The notes beneath the pieces are model-generated. The model was not told the origin of the DNA. It did not search any database and was given only the letters and a program-made list of their open reading frames with translations. From Hypanus sabinus (Eukaryota): DNA of 64,000 nucleotides. A program made the translations under genes and the position numbers. The stretch covers positions 2,356,001 to 2,420,000 of the forward strand of contig NC_082722.1 of NCBI RefSeq assembly GCF_030144855.1, written 5' to 3'. This document shows, in pieces, positions 54,345 to 64,000 of the stretch (position 1 is its first letter; each line of letters begins with the position of its first letter).

Positions 54345-54527
54345 ACAAACAAGAGAAAATCTGCAATACTAGAAACCAAAGCAGCACACAAAATGGTGAA
54401 GGATCTCAGCAGGCCAGACAGCATCTATGGAAAAGAGATGAACGGTCTCGGCACGAAACGTCGACTGTCCTCTTTTCCATAGATGCTGCCTGGCCTGCTG
54501 AGTTCCCCCAGCATTGTGTGTGTGTTG
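54345..54527. mobile_element. Foldback element made of two head-to-head Penelope-like terminal repeats
   Basis: The arms 54385-54437 and 54470-54522 are reverse complements, with CAGCATCTATGGAAAAGAG / CTCTTTTCCATAGATGCTG perfect. They are homologous to 57040-57090. The loop is a truncated hammerhead core. Confidence 0.85.
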
Positions 54528-54827
54528 TCCGTTGTCAGTCAATATTTGGAAAACGATGGTGTTGGGACGGAAAGATATTCTTGACGTAAAGCCAGTTCTG
54601 TGCTCGAAAATTGCTGAAAACTGTGATTCAGACGCTTTAGGAATAGCAGAAACAGTCCGCGACTAAATATACCGAGGGAAATCCATCGTTATAATGAAAA
54701 ACAGCTTTAAATTGGTTCGCAATTTACAATTTATTATAGAACTGTTATGCATCCAACCAATTGTCAATTGATTGGAAAATTTCAAAACGAAAAGGGTTTG
54801 TTTTATTTTAATTTCCCCTTCTTTCAG

Positions 54828-55133
54828 CTGTCCCCTCTCCTCTGAAGATTGTATCTATGCGATCGGCAAAATCTTCATCTGCTTTCCTGACACTCCAATG
54901 CAGAACGGCTGCTTTTTATCCAAAAGAATTTAACCTCACCTGGCATAAAAATGGTACCGAGGTCCAACATGGAATCAAACACGAACAGTACCTAACTGCA
55001 GGGGGTTTATACGAAGTGATCAGCTCGTTGGAAGAGTCACAGTCAGTCAGGGAAAACACAGTTTACACATGTCAAGTTCACCATATTTCGACACCAGTTC
55101 CAGCAACTGCCAACTACACTGTTTCTAAAGCAG
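54828..55133 (+). CDS. Ig C1-set domain exon of the same gene
   Basis: Strong polypyrimidine acceptor TTTCCCCTTCTTTCAG|CT and donor GCAG|GTAATG, both phase 1 and in frame with V (...VVVY-A-VPSPLKI...). Motifs LQCRTAAFYP, LTWHKNG, GLYEVISSL and YTCQVHH are present. Confidence 0.94.
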
Positions 55134-55249
55134 GTAATGACTTACTAATTGATGAAAATAATAACCATCAGGACAAATATGAAATCCGATAAGGAAATGT
55201 GCAAAAATAATAGGTTCTTGTCAACTTCCCTAATATAAGCTGGAACCTT

Positions 55250-58105
55250 CTGAGTGCAGTGGGCTTAGATGAGGCTGAATTTGTAAAATGTATCTAGGAA
55301 GATTTCTTTAATCAGTATGTGGACGAGGGAAGGGGAACAACTGAACTTGGTGTTGGGTAATGAGCCTGGTCAGGTGACTGACCTTTCAGTGGGTGAACAG
55401 TCAGGAAACAGTGACCTCAACTCCTTAACTTTCAGGATAGCTACAGATAAGTATAGCTATGGTCCTTTTGGGAGAATTTTAAATTGGAGTAGGGAAAATT
55501 GTGAGGGCATTAGGCAGGAACTAAAAATCATTAATTGGAAACACCTTTTCTCTGTTAAGTCCACATCAGACACAGATGGAGTTTAAAGATCAATTGTGAC
55601 AGAGTACAGGAAAGGGATGTTCCTTTTAAAAGGAAGGATAGGGATGGAATGATCTGAGAAACTTGGATGTTCAAAGAGGTGGTGATTTTAGCCAATAGGA
55701 AAATGGAAAAATATGTAAGTCTTCGCAAGTTAGAATTAAACAATGAACACGAGCTGTATAAAGAAACTAGAAAAGAACTAAAGAACAGAATTAAGAAAGC
55801 CTAGATAAGCCATGAAAGGTTGTGGCAAGTACAATTAAGATGAAGCCCAAGTCATTCTATGCATACATCAAGCCCAAGAGGATGATTAGAGAGAAGGTTG
55901 GACCACTCTACGATAAAACAGGGAACACTTGCTTAGATGCAGGGTGTGTGAGGTACTTAATAAGTACTTTGTTTCAGCGTTTACCAAGGAAAAGGATATG
56001 CAGGACCAGGAGATCAGTTAGCTGACTGATAAGTTTGGGTGTTTGGTGGTCAAGGAAGAGGGAGTGTTGGGCCTCCTTATGAGCATTAAAGTCTCCCGGG
56101 CATAATGGGATTTGTCCCAAGGATATGGAAGGGGGCAAGAGACAAGACTACTGGGCCCTTGACCGGCATCTTTGTGTCCTCTCCAGCCACAAGAGGGGTT
56201 CCAGATGACTGGTGAATGGCTAATGTTGTACTTCTTCTGAAGAAGGGAACAAGGAAAAATCATGGAAACTATAGACTGAGTTTCGCATCAGATGTAGGGA
56301 AATTGCTGGAGAAAATTCTTACGGTTAGGCTATGAGCACTTGGAAACCCATGACCTAATTAGGGAGAGGCAGCATGGCTCTGTGTGTGTCAGGTCGTGCC
56401 TTACCAACTTCACTGATTTTCTTGACAAGGTGATGAGAGAGATTAGTGAGGATAGGACAGTTGATGTTGATGGATTTTGTTAAGATATTTAACAGTTCCA
56501 GATGGGAGTCTAAACCCAAAGATTAAGATATATGGAGTTCACAGCATATTGGTTGTTTGGATTCAGAACAAGCTTTGTGCACAAAAGACAGAGGATGGTG
56601 GGTGAAGGGACTTATTCGATCTGAAGGTCTACATTTAGAGAAATTCCACAGAAATCTGTACTGGGACCACTGATGTTTGTGATGTACTGTATATAATAAC
56701 CTGTATATGGATGAACATGTACATGGGTGGGTTAGTAAATTTGTTGATGATACCAAGGTTGCTGGAGCTGTAGATAGTGTGGAAAACTGGCAAAGAATTC
56801 AGTACGATTTTTATCAGTGGCAGATATGGGCAGATAACTGGAAGATGGCGTTTAACCCAGATACATGTGAGGTGTTGTACCTCCATAGGGCAAATGCAAG
56901 GAAACAGCACACTGTTAAGGGCAAGATCCTTAAAAGTGCTGCTGAGCAGAGAGATCTTAGGATCAATAAGGTAGTTAGGATGGCTTATGGAATGAGCAAA
57001 CACGAGGAAATCTGCAGATGCTGGAAATTCAAACAAACCACACAAAATGCTGGTGGAACACAGCAGGACAGGCAGCATCTATACGGAGAAGCACTGTCGA
57101 CGTTTCGGGCCGAGACCCTTTGTCAGGGCTAACTGAAAGGAGAGATACTAAGAGATTTGAAAGTAGTGGGGGGAGGGGGAAAGGCGAAATGATAGGAGAA
57201 GACCGGAGGGGGTGGGGTGAAGCTAAGAGCTGGAAAGGTGATTGGCGAAAGTGATACAGAGCTGGAGATGGGAAAGGATCATGGGACGGGAGGCCTCAGG
57301 AGAAAGAAGGCGGGGGGGGGAGCACCAGAGGGAGATGGAGAACAGGCAAACAACTAAATATGTCAGGGATGGGGTAAGAAGGGGAGGAAGGGCATTAACA
57401 GAAATTAGAGAAGTCAATGTTCATGCCATTAGGTAGGGTGGCCTCCAACCTGGAGGTACAACATCCTGCTGTCTTCCACCAGCATGTTTGCTTTTATTAG
57501 TTGAAGCATTGTGTTCAAAAATCAGGAGGTTACATTGCAACTTTATAGAACTCTGGTTAGGCCTGTATTTCATACAGTCCAACCATGGGAAGGATGTCGA
57601 TACTTTGGAGACGACGTGTTAGAGGTTTGCCAGAATGCAGCCTCGTTTAGAGGGCAAGTGCCATCACGAGAGGCTGGATAAACTTGGGGTTTTTTTTCTC
57701 TAGAGCATCAGAGGCTGAAGGGAAATCTGCCAGAGGTTTACAAGATTATGAGAGGCAAAGATAGAGTGGACAGAGTGTATCTGTTTTCCAGTGATCAGAA
57801 GTCTAATACCAGAGGGTATGCATTGAACGTGAGAGTGGGTAGATTCAAGGGGCTTGAAGGTATCTTTATTTACTCTGAGAGTGGTTGGTTCCTGGAATGC
57901 ACCGCCTGGTGTGGTGGTAGAGGCAAATAAATTAGAGGTTTTTAAGAAGTGGATAGGCACGTGGATATAAGGAAGATGAATGGATAAGGACGTTGATTAG
58001 CTAGGAGGGATAAGTGATAAGTTGTTTTGGATTAGCTTTTTATCTGGCTCGGTACAACATTGTGCGCCGATTGGCCTGTCCTGTGTTGTGCTGTTCTATG
58101 TTCTA
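55250..58105 (+). mobile_element. Diverged 5'-truncated CR1 (late APE to 3' tail), interrupted by a Penelope-like insertion at 56995-57486
   Basis: Motifs LVLGNEPGQVTDLSVGE, KPKSFYAYIK, VSKFVDDTK and NTRGYAL, with a tail ending TGTTCTATGTTCTAT. The sequence is colinear across the insertion. Confidence 0.85.
56995..57486 (-). mobile_element. Penelope-like element 3' fragment (ORF end, 3'UTR, terminal repeat with hammerhead remnant)
   Basis: The minus strand 57437-57394 encodes LPNGMNIDFSNFC*, a recalled GIY-YIG ORF terminus. The minus strand 57131-57094 reads CTGACAA-AGGGTCTCGGCCC-GAAA-CGTC. Confidence 0.85.
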
Positions 58106-58119
58106 TACAGAGGTTTATA

Positions 58120-58790
58120 AAGACGACACTTCGAATAAACAGAGACCTTTCATCGGGACTCAACGGGAAGAGGGCATAAGCCAACTTATGAAAATTGACG
58201 GGCGGGTGGTGAGGGCCTGTTGTAAGCTGGCAGGTGATAGTTGAGACTAAATGAGAGCGCAGGTGGGTGTGTAAGAACCTGGGATGTGATCGCTGGAAGA
58301 AGCAAAGGGTTGAAGAAGATAGAATCTAACAGCAGTGGACAGTGAACCTTGGAAAAAGGGAAGGGGGTGCTAGAGGGAGATGGCGGGCAGGTAAGGCGAA
58401 GGGATGAGAGGGAAACCAAAATGTGGAATAGATGAGGACAGAGGGAAAGAAGGGGGAGAAATTAGCTGGTTCGAAAAATCGATGTTCATACCATCAAGTT
58501 GGAGGCTATCTAGATGAAATATGAGGTGTTGCTCCTCCAATGTGACATGCCTTCATCATTGCAGTAAAGGAGGTTCAGAGATGTCAGAATATAAACCAGA
58601 AGTCCAATTGAAATAAGAAGTCAGCAGGAGATCCTACTTTTTGTATTGGACATATTGAAGGTGCTCAACAATTGGTCTCCCAACCTGTGTTGGGTCTCAC
58701 CACAGGTTAAGTGTTGCCTCACCTGGAAGGTCTGATTTGGGCGTGTAAGTGGCAGGTATAGCACTTGTAATGCTTGCGGGAATGGTGTCA
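58120..58790 (-). mobile_element. Second, more decayed Penelope-like fragment (GIY-YIG endonuclease region and 3'UTR)
   Basis: The minus strand 58540-58471 encodes LEEQHLIFHLDSLQLDGMNIDFS, and GETQHRLGD lies at about 58700-58675. A degenerate hammerhead-like segment is at 58121-58160. Confidence 0.85.
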
Positions 58791-58929
58791 TGGGAGAAAT
58801 GAATGGACAGGGAACATCTGCACCACTAACCGCACATCAGCTCATGTCCAATTACCTTGTCTGGATACTAGGGATATTCTCATTGTCCGTACCTACACTC
58901 AGTGTCCAGCACATCATCCTCCATATTGT

Positions 58930-59985
58930 CTGACTGGAAGGGAACAGAAGCAGAGATGACAGCAGAGCAGCAACTGCTGGAGTATTTAGGAGCAATTTAT
59001 AAGAGGCAGGACAGCTCCATCCCATCAAAGAAGTATTCTAAAGGCAGGATGACACAATTGAGACTGATAAGAGAAATCAAAGCCAACATAAATGCCAAAG
59101 AGAGGGCATATAATACAGCAAAATTTAGTAGAATGTTAGAGGATTGGAAAGCTTTTAAATACCAATAGAATGCAACCACAGAAGTAATAAAGAAAGAAAG
59201 GATGGTATATGAATGTAAGCTAGCCAACAATAGGAAAGCAGATACAAAGGTTTCCCCAGACATAAGTATGTAAATGAGCGGTGAGAGTAGATATTGGAAC
59301 ACTGGAAAATAACCTTGGAGAGGTAGTAATGGGGTCAAGAAAATCATGGACGATCTAGATAAATATTTTGCATCAGTATTCTCTGGGAAAGACACCAGCA
59401 GTGTGCTGGAAGTTTGTTAGGGGCAGACGTGAGTGAAGTGAGAAGGTGTTTGTGTAACTGAAAGGTCGGAAGTTAGATAAGTTACCTGGACCAGCTGATA
59501 TACACCCCTGCTCTCAGAAAGAAGAGCCCAAGAAGATCGTAGAGGCTTTGCTAATGATATTTCAAGAATCAATAGATTCTACAATAATTCCGGAGGACTG
59601 GAAAATTGCAAATGCCACTCCACACTTCAATAAGGGAAAGAGGCAGAAGAAAGGAAATTGTAGGCCAGTTAGTCTGACCTCAGTGGCTGAGACGATGCTG
59701 GAATTGATTTTTAAGGGTGTGCTTCTAGGGTAAATGGAGACACATGATAACATTAGCCACAGTCAGCATGGTTCCCTCAAGGGAAAATCTTGCATGACAC
59801 ATCTATCGGGTATTCCTTAAAGAAATAACAAGCAGAATAGACAAAGGCGAATCTGCATGTTGTGTACTTGGATTTTCAGAAGGCCTTTGTCACGGTGCCA
59901 CACATGAGGCTGATTAACAAATTACAGGGAAGACACTAGAATGGATAAAGCATTGACTGATTGTCAGGAAGCAAAGAGTGGGAAT
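58930..59985 (+). mobile_element. CR1 ORF2 internal fragment
   Basis: EDWKIANATPHFNKGKRQKKGNCRPVSLTSV (59548 ORF) and HSQHG-like and LDFQKAF-like segments. Confidence 0.85.
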
Positions 59986-59989
59986 CAAA

Positions 59990-62738
59990 GTGGATGAGTC
60001 TGTGGCGTTATTAGAGATTGGTCAGTATAACGTTGTGGACATTACTGAGTCGTGGCTGAAGGAAGGCCATCGTTGGGAGCTTAGCATCTAAAGATATATT
60101 TTGCATCAAAATGACAGGCAGGAAGGCATAGACAGTGATGTGGATCTGTTGGTAAGATATGGAATTATATCTTTAGAAAGGGGTGACATAGGGTCAGTGA
60201 ATATTGGATCTTTGTGGGTGTAGTTACGAAATTGCAAGGGTAAAAATCGTTATGGGAATCATATATAGCCTCAGAATAGTAGTAAAGGTGTGGGGCTGAG
60301 ATTGTAAAGGGAGCTGAAAAAGGCATGAAACAAGGGTAATAGCGCAATTGTAATAGGGGATTTCAATATACAAGGGGATTGGGAAAATCAGGTAGGTCTC
60401 AGATCGCAAGAGCGGGAAATACTTGAATGTTTACCAGATGGATTTTTAGGGCAGCTTCTCTTTGAGTCTATTCCCAGAAAGGCTATCTGAGATTGGGTGT
60501 TATGGAATAACCTAGATCTTGTGAGGGAGCTTAATGTAAACAAACCCTTAGGAGGCAGCGATCGTAATATGTTTGATTTCATACTGCAACTGGAGAGGGA
60601 GAAAGATAACTTTTAAGTATCTGTATCGCAGTGGAATAAAGAAAATTACAGAGGCATGAGAGAGGAGCTTGCCCAGGTGGATTGGAGGCGGATACTGGCG
60701 GGGATGACAGCAGAGCAGAGATGGCTGAAGTTCCTGGGAATAGTTCACACGTCCCAGGATAGATATGTCGCACAAAGGAAAAAGTTCTCAAATATCAGGG
60801 GTAGGCATTCGTAACTGACAAAGGAAATTAAGTACTGCGTAAAAGCCAAGAAAAGGGCATATAATGTAACAAAAGTCAGTGAATGATTGGGATTCTTTTA
60901 AAATCCAACAAATGTCAAGGATAAATGCTATAAGAATAGAAAGAAATGAAATATGAAGGCAGACTAGCCAGTAATATGAAGAAGGATACCAAAGATGTTT
61001 TTCAGTTATATGAAGAGTACAAAGGAGGTGAGAGTTGATATTGGAAGACTGGAGAATCATGCTGGTGAAGTAGTAATGGGGAACAAAGAAATGGCAGATG
61101 AACTTACTGGGTACTTTGTATCTGTCTTCACTGTGAAAACACTAGCAGTATGCCAGGAGGTCTGTGAGTGCCATTGTTATTACAGAGGAACAAGTGCTAG
61201 GCAAACTTAAAGATCTTAAGGTTGCTGGGTCACCTGGGCCAGATAGACTACATCCCAGAGTCCTGAGAGAGGTTGCTACAGAGATAACGGATATATTGGT
61301 CATGCTTTTTCAAGAATTATTTGATTCTGGGATGGTTCCGGAGGACTTAATTGCAGATGTCACTCTACTCTTTAAAAAGAGAGACCAGTTAGCCTAACCT
61401 CGGTGGTTGGGAAAGTATTGGTGTCTGTTGTTAAGGATGAGGTTTCAAGGTACTTGGAGACTGATGACAAAACAAGTCAAAATCAGCATGGTTTCTGTCA
61501 AAGGAAATCTTGCCTGAAAAATCTATTAGAGTTCTTCAAGGAAGTAACAAGCAGGGTGGACAGAGGGGAGGCAGTGGATAAGGTGCCACTCATGAGGCTG
61601 CTTGACAAGATAAAATCTTCTGGTGTTACAGGGAAGATACTGGCGTGGATACTGGAATGGCCGATGGGCAGGAGGCAGCGAGTGGGAATAAAAAGGGGCT
61701 TTTCTGGTTGGCTGTTGGTGACTAGTGGTGTTCCTCAGGGGTCAGTATTGGGACCACTACTTTTCACATTGTTTGTCAATGATTTGCATATTGGAATTGT
61801 TGGCTTTGTGGCAAATTTCCGGATGATATGAAGATATGTGGAGGGATAGGAAGTTCTGAGGAAGAATGCATTTGCAATAGGGCTTAGACAAATTGGAAGA
61901 ATGGACAAAAAAGAGTCAGATGGAATACAGTATTGGAAATGTATGATACTGCATTTTGGTAAAAGGAACAACAGAGCAGACTGTTATCTAAATGGGGAGA
62001 AGTTTCAAACATCAGAAGTGCAGGGGGACTTAGGAGTCCTTGTGCAAGACTCCCAGAAGGTTAATTTACAGGTTGAGTCTTTGGTGAAGAAGGCAAATGC
62101 AATGTTAGCATTGATTCAAGGGGATAGAATATAAAAACAAGGAGATAATACTGTGCCTTTAGAAGACACTAGTCAGGCTGCACTTAGAATACTGTCAATA
62201 GTGTTGGGCCCCATATCTCAGAAAAAGATGTGCTGTCATTGGAGAGAGTCCTGAGGAGGTTAACGAGGATGATACCAGGAATGAAGAGGGTAACACATGA
62301 AAAGAGTTTGGCAGCTTCACTGGAATTTAGAAGAATGTTGGAGGGGGCGGGGGCACGGAATCTCATTGAAACCTATCGAATGTTGAAAGGATGAGATAGG
62401 GTGGATGTGGCGAGGATGTTTCCTGTGGTGGGGGTATCCAGAACTAGAGGGCACAACCTCAGAATTGAGTGGCGACCCTTTGGAACAGAGGTCAGATTTT
62501 TTTTGCCAGAGAGTAGTAAGTTTCTGGAATTCTATGCCACAAACTGTGGTGGAGGCCATGTCCGTGCATATATTTAAGGCAGAAGTTAACCGTTTCTTGA
62601 TCGAGTGGGCCAAAAAAGGGTATGATGATAAGGCATGTGTATGGGTTGAGTGGGATCTGGGATCAGCCATAATGGAATGGCAGAGCAGACTCGATGGCCT
62701 GAATGGCCTAATTCTGCTACTATGTCTTCTGGTCTTAT
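59990..62738 (+). mobile_element. CR1 copy (APE to 3' tail) of the subfamily closest to the satellite host
   Basis: APE ITESWL/IGDFN and RT NQHGFCQRKSCLKNLLEFF / TSGVPQGSVLGPLLF. The C-terminal RMFPVVGVSRTRGHNLRIEWRPFGTE is at 62413-62490, and the tail ends CTATGTCTTCTGGTCTT. Confidence 0.92.
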
Positions 62739-62749
62739 AAAGGGAACAT

Positions 62750-62950
62750 TTTTTGGTCAGCTGCTGGTGACTAATGTGTTCCATAGGAGTCTGAATTGGG
62801 ACCTCTTCCTTTTACATTACATGTCAATAAGTTTGATGAAGGAATTGATGGCTTTATTGTCAAGTTTCCAGACGATTCTGGATTGAAAGGCTTATCATAC
62901 AAGCAGCATTTAATGGATCTGGAACTGTACTCACTGAAATCCAGAAGTAT
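62750..62950 (+). mobile_element. Short rearranged CR1 RT fragments
   Basis: GCTGGTGACTAATGTGTTCC...GATGAAGGAATTGATGGCTTTATTGTCAAGTTTCCAGACGAT parallels 61712-61825. Confidence 0.65.
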
Positions 62951-62954
62951 GAAA

Positions 62955-63595
62955 CATGGAAACACAGAAAACCTACAGCACAATACAGGCCCTTCAGCCC
63001 ACAAAGCGGTGCTGAGCATGTCCGTACCATCGAACTACCTAGGCTTACCCTTAGCCCTGTATTTTCCTAAGCTCCAGATATCCTTCCAGGAGTCTCTTAA
63101 AACACTCTATCTTTTCCACCTTTGCCACCGCTGCTGGCAACCCACTCCATGCACTCACCATAAAAAAAACTCTGCGTAAAATAAAAAACACTTACCCCTG
63201 ACATCTCCTCTGTGGCTACTTCCAAGCACCTTAAATCTATGCCCTCTCATGCTAGCCATTTCAGCCCTGGGAAAAAGTTTCTGACTATCCACACAATCAA
63301 TGCCACTCATCATCTTGTACACCTCCATCAGGTTGCTTCTCAGCTCCTGCCAGTCCAAGGAGAAAAGGCTGAGTTCACTCAACCTATTCTCATAAGGCAT
63401 GCTCCCTAATCCAGGCAACATCCTCGTAAATCTCCTCTGCACCCTTTTAATGGTTTCCACGTCCTTCCGATAGTGAAGCAACCAGAACTGAGCACAGTAC
63501 TCCAAGTGGGCTCTGACCAGGGTCCTATATAGCTGCAACATTACCTCTCGGTTCTTAAATTCAATCCTACAATTGATGAAGGCCAATGCACCGTA
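62955..63595 (-). mobile_element. CR1 3' fragment, minus strand
   Basis: Minus ORF 63155-63586 (QLYRTLVRAHLEYCAQFW...RVQRRFTRMLPG...MRGHRFKV), with the reverse-complemented tail at about 62955-63005. Confidence 0.92.
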
Positions 63596-63639
63596 TGATC
63601 TTGGGGTCCAAATCCATCTAACTCAAAGCTGCTATGCAG

Positions 63640-63792
63640 GTTGACTCTATGGTTAAGAAGACATACGGGCAGAGAGGTTTATGGTCCTAGAGCAGGTTGA
63701 TGGGAGTAGGTGGTTTAAATGTTTTGGTATGGACTAGATAGGCTGAAGGGCCTGTTTCTATTCTGTACTTTTCTATGTTTCTATGGTTCTAA
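63640..63792 (+). mobile_element. CR1-type 3' tail
   Basis: GGACTAGATAGGCTGAAGGGCCTGTTTCTATTCTGTAC...CTATGTTTCTATGGTTCTA resembles the tails at 52235-52285 and 58060-58105. Confidence 0.7.
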
Positions 63793-64000
63793 TCCAGCTT
63801 TAAGAATTCTCTCTGTCTGCCATTCTCTGGATGAGGAAGGTGTCCCTGAAATTCCTTTTAAATGTCTTTCCTCTTGTCTGAAACCTACGTCCTCTCTGTG
63901 TGGCAAATCAATAAGTCATGTTCAACTCCATCTGCAAATTCTCAGCAAATAATTTGAACTGCAGATAGCATCATGGCTGCAGAAAAGGAGGAAGTCCTGG

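Noticed and set aside
54553-54690. AACGATGG...CCATCGTT inverted pair as a MITE
   Set aside because: The inverted repeat is only 8 bp, with no TSD and no second copy in the window.
53641-55133. Rearranging TCR or Ig light-chain locus
   Set aside because: No heptamer-nonamer RSS was seen at the V end, there is no separate J segment, and the G-strand motif lacks FGxGT. A germline-joined origin cannot be fully excluded without phylogeny.
55555-63952. Numerous 60-155 aa ORFs in the distal region as genes
   Set aside because: Nearly all map to sense or antisense frames of CR1 or Penelope fragments.
63965-64000. Next exon of the Ig gene after TGCAG (DSIMAAEKEEVL)
   Set aside because: The pyrimidine tract is weak, and the sequence resembles a recalled CR1 endonuclease-region segment, so it is more likely the start of another LINE fragment.

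Overview
Eukaryotic, most likely cartilaginous-fish (ray/shark-like) genomic DNA; the taxon is inferred from the repeat families and is not verified. Bases 1-45826 are one uninterrupted tandem array of a 28-bp monomer (consensus GGACCAGATGGCACMGTCTCAGAGTACA, about 1,640 copies, open at the window start). It has at least three variant domains and nested higher-order repeats, the last being a 2390/2362/2390-bp triplet. Essentially every ORF in 1-45.8 kb is an artefact of this repeat. The main observation is that the monomer is a piece of the CR1 LINE ORF2 C-terminus (the 'RTRGHSLRI' codons). The array runs colinearly into the rest of that CR1 3' end at 45827, and a homologous single-copy CR1 segment lies at 62441-62465, so the satellite appears to have expanded in place inside a LINE. 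The remaining 18 kb is mostly transposon-derived: a putative solo LTR, several CR1 copies (one near full length), a Rex1/Babar-like fragment, and Penelope-like fragments with decayed hammerhead cores. One unique island (about 52.75-55.2 kb) holds intact, phase-1, in-frame exons of an Ig-superfamily gene (probable leader, germline VJ-type V domain, C1 domain) with a perfect GAS motif upstream. No transmembrane exon was found before the window end. All alignments were done by eye or from the supplied ORF track; no database searches were run.
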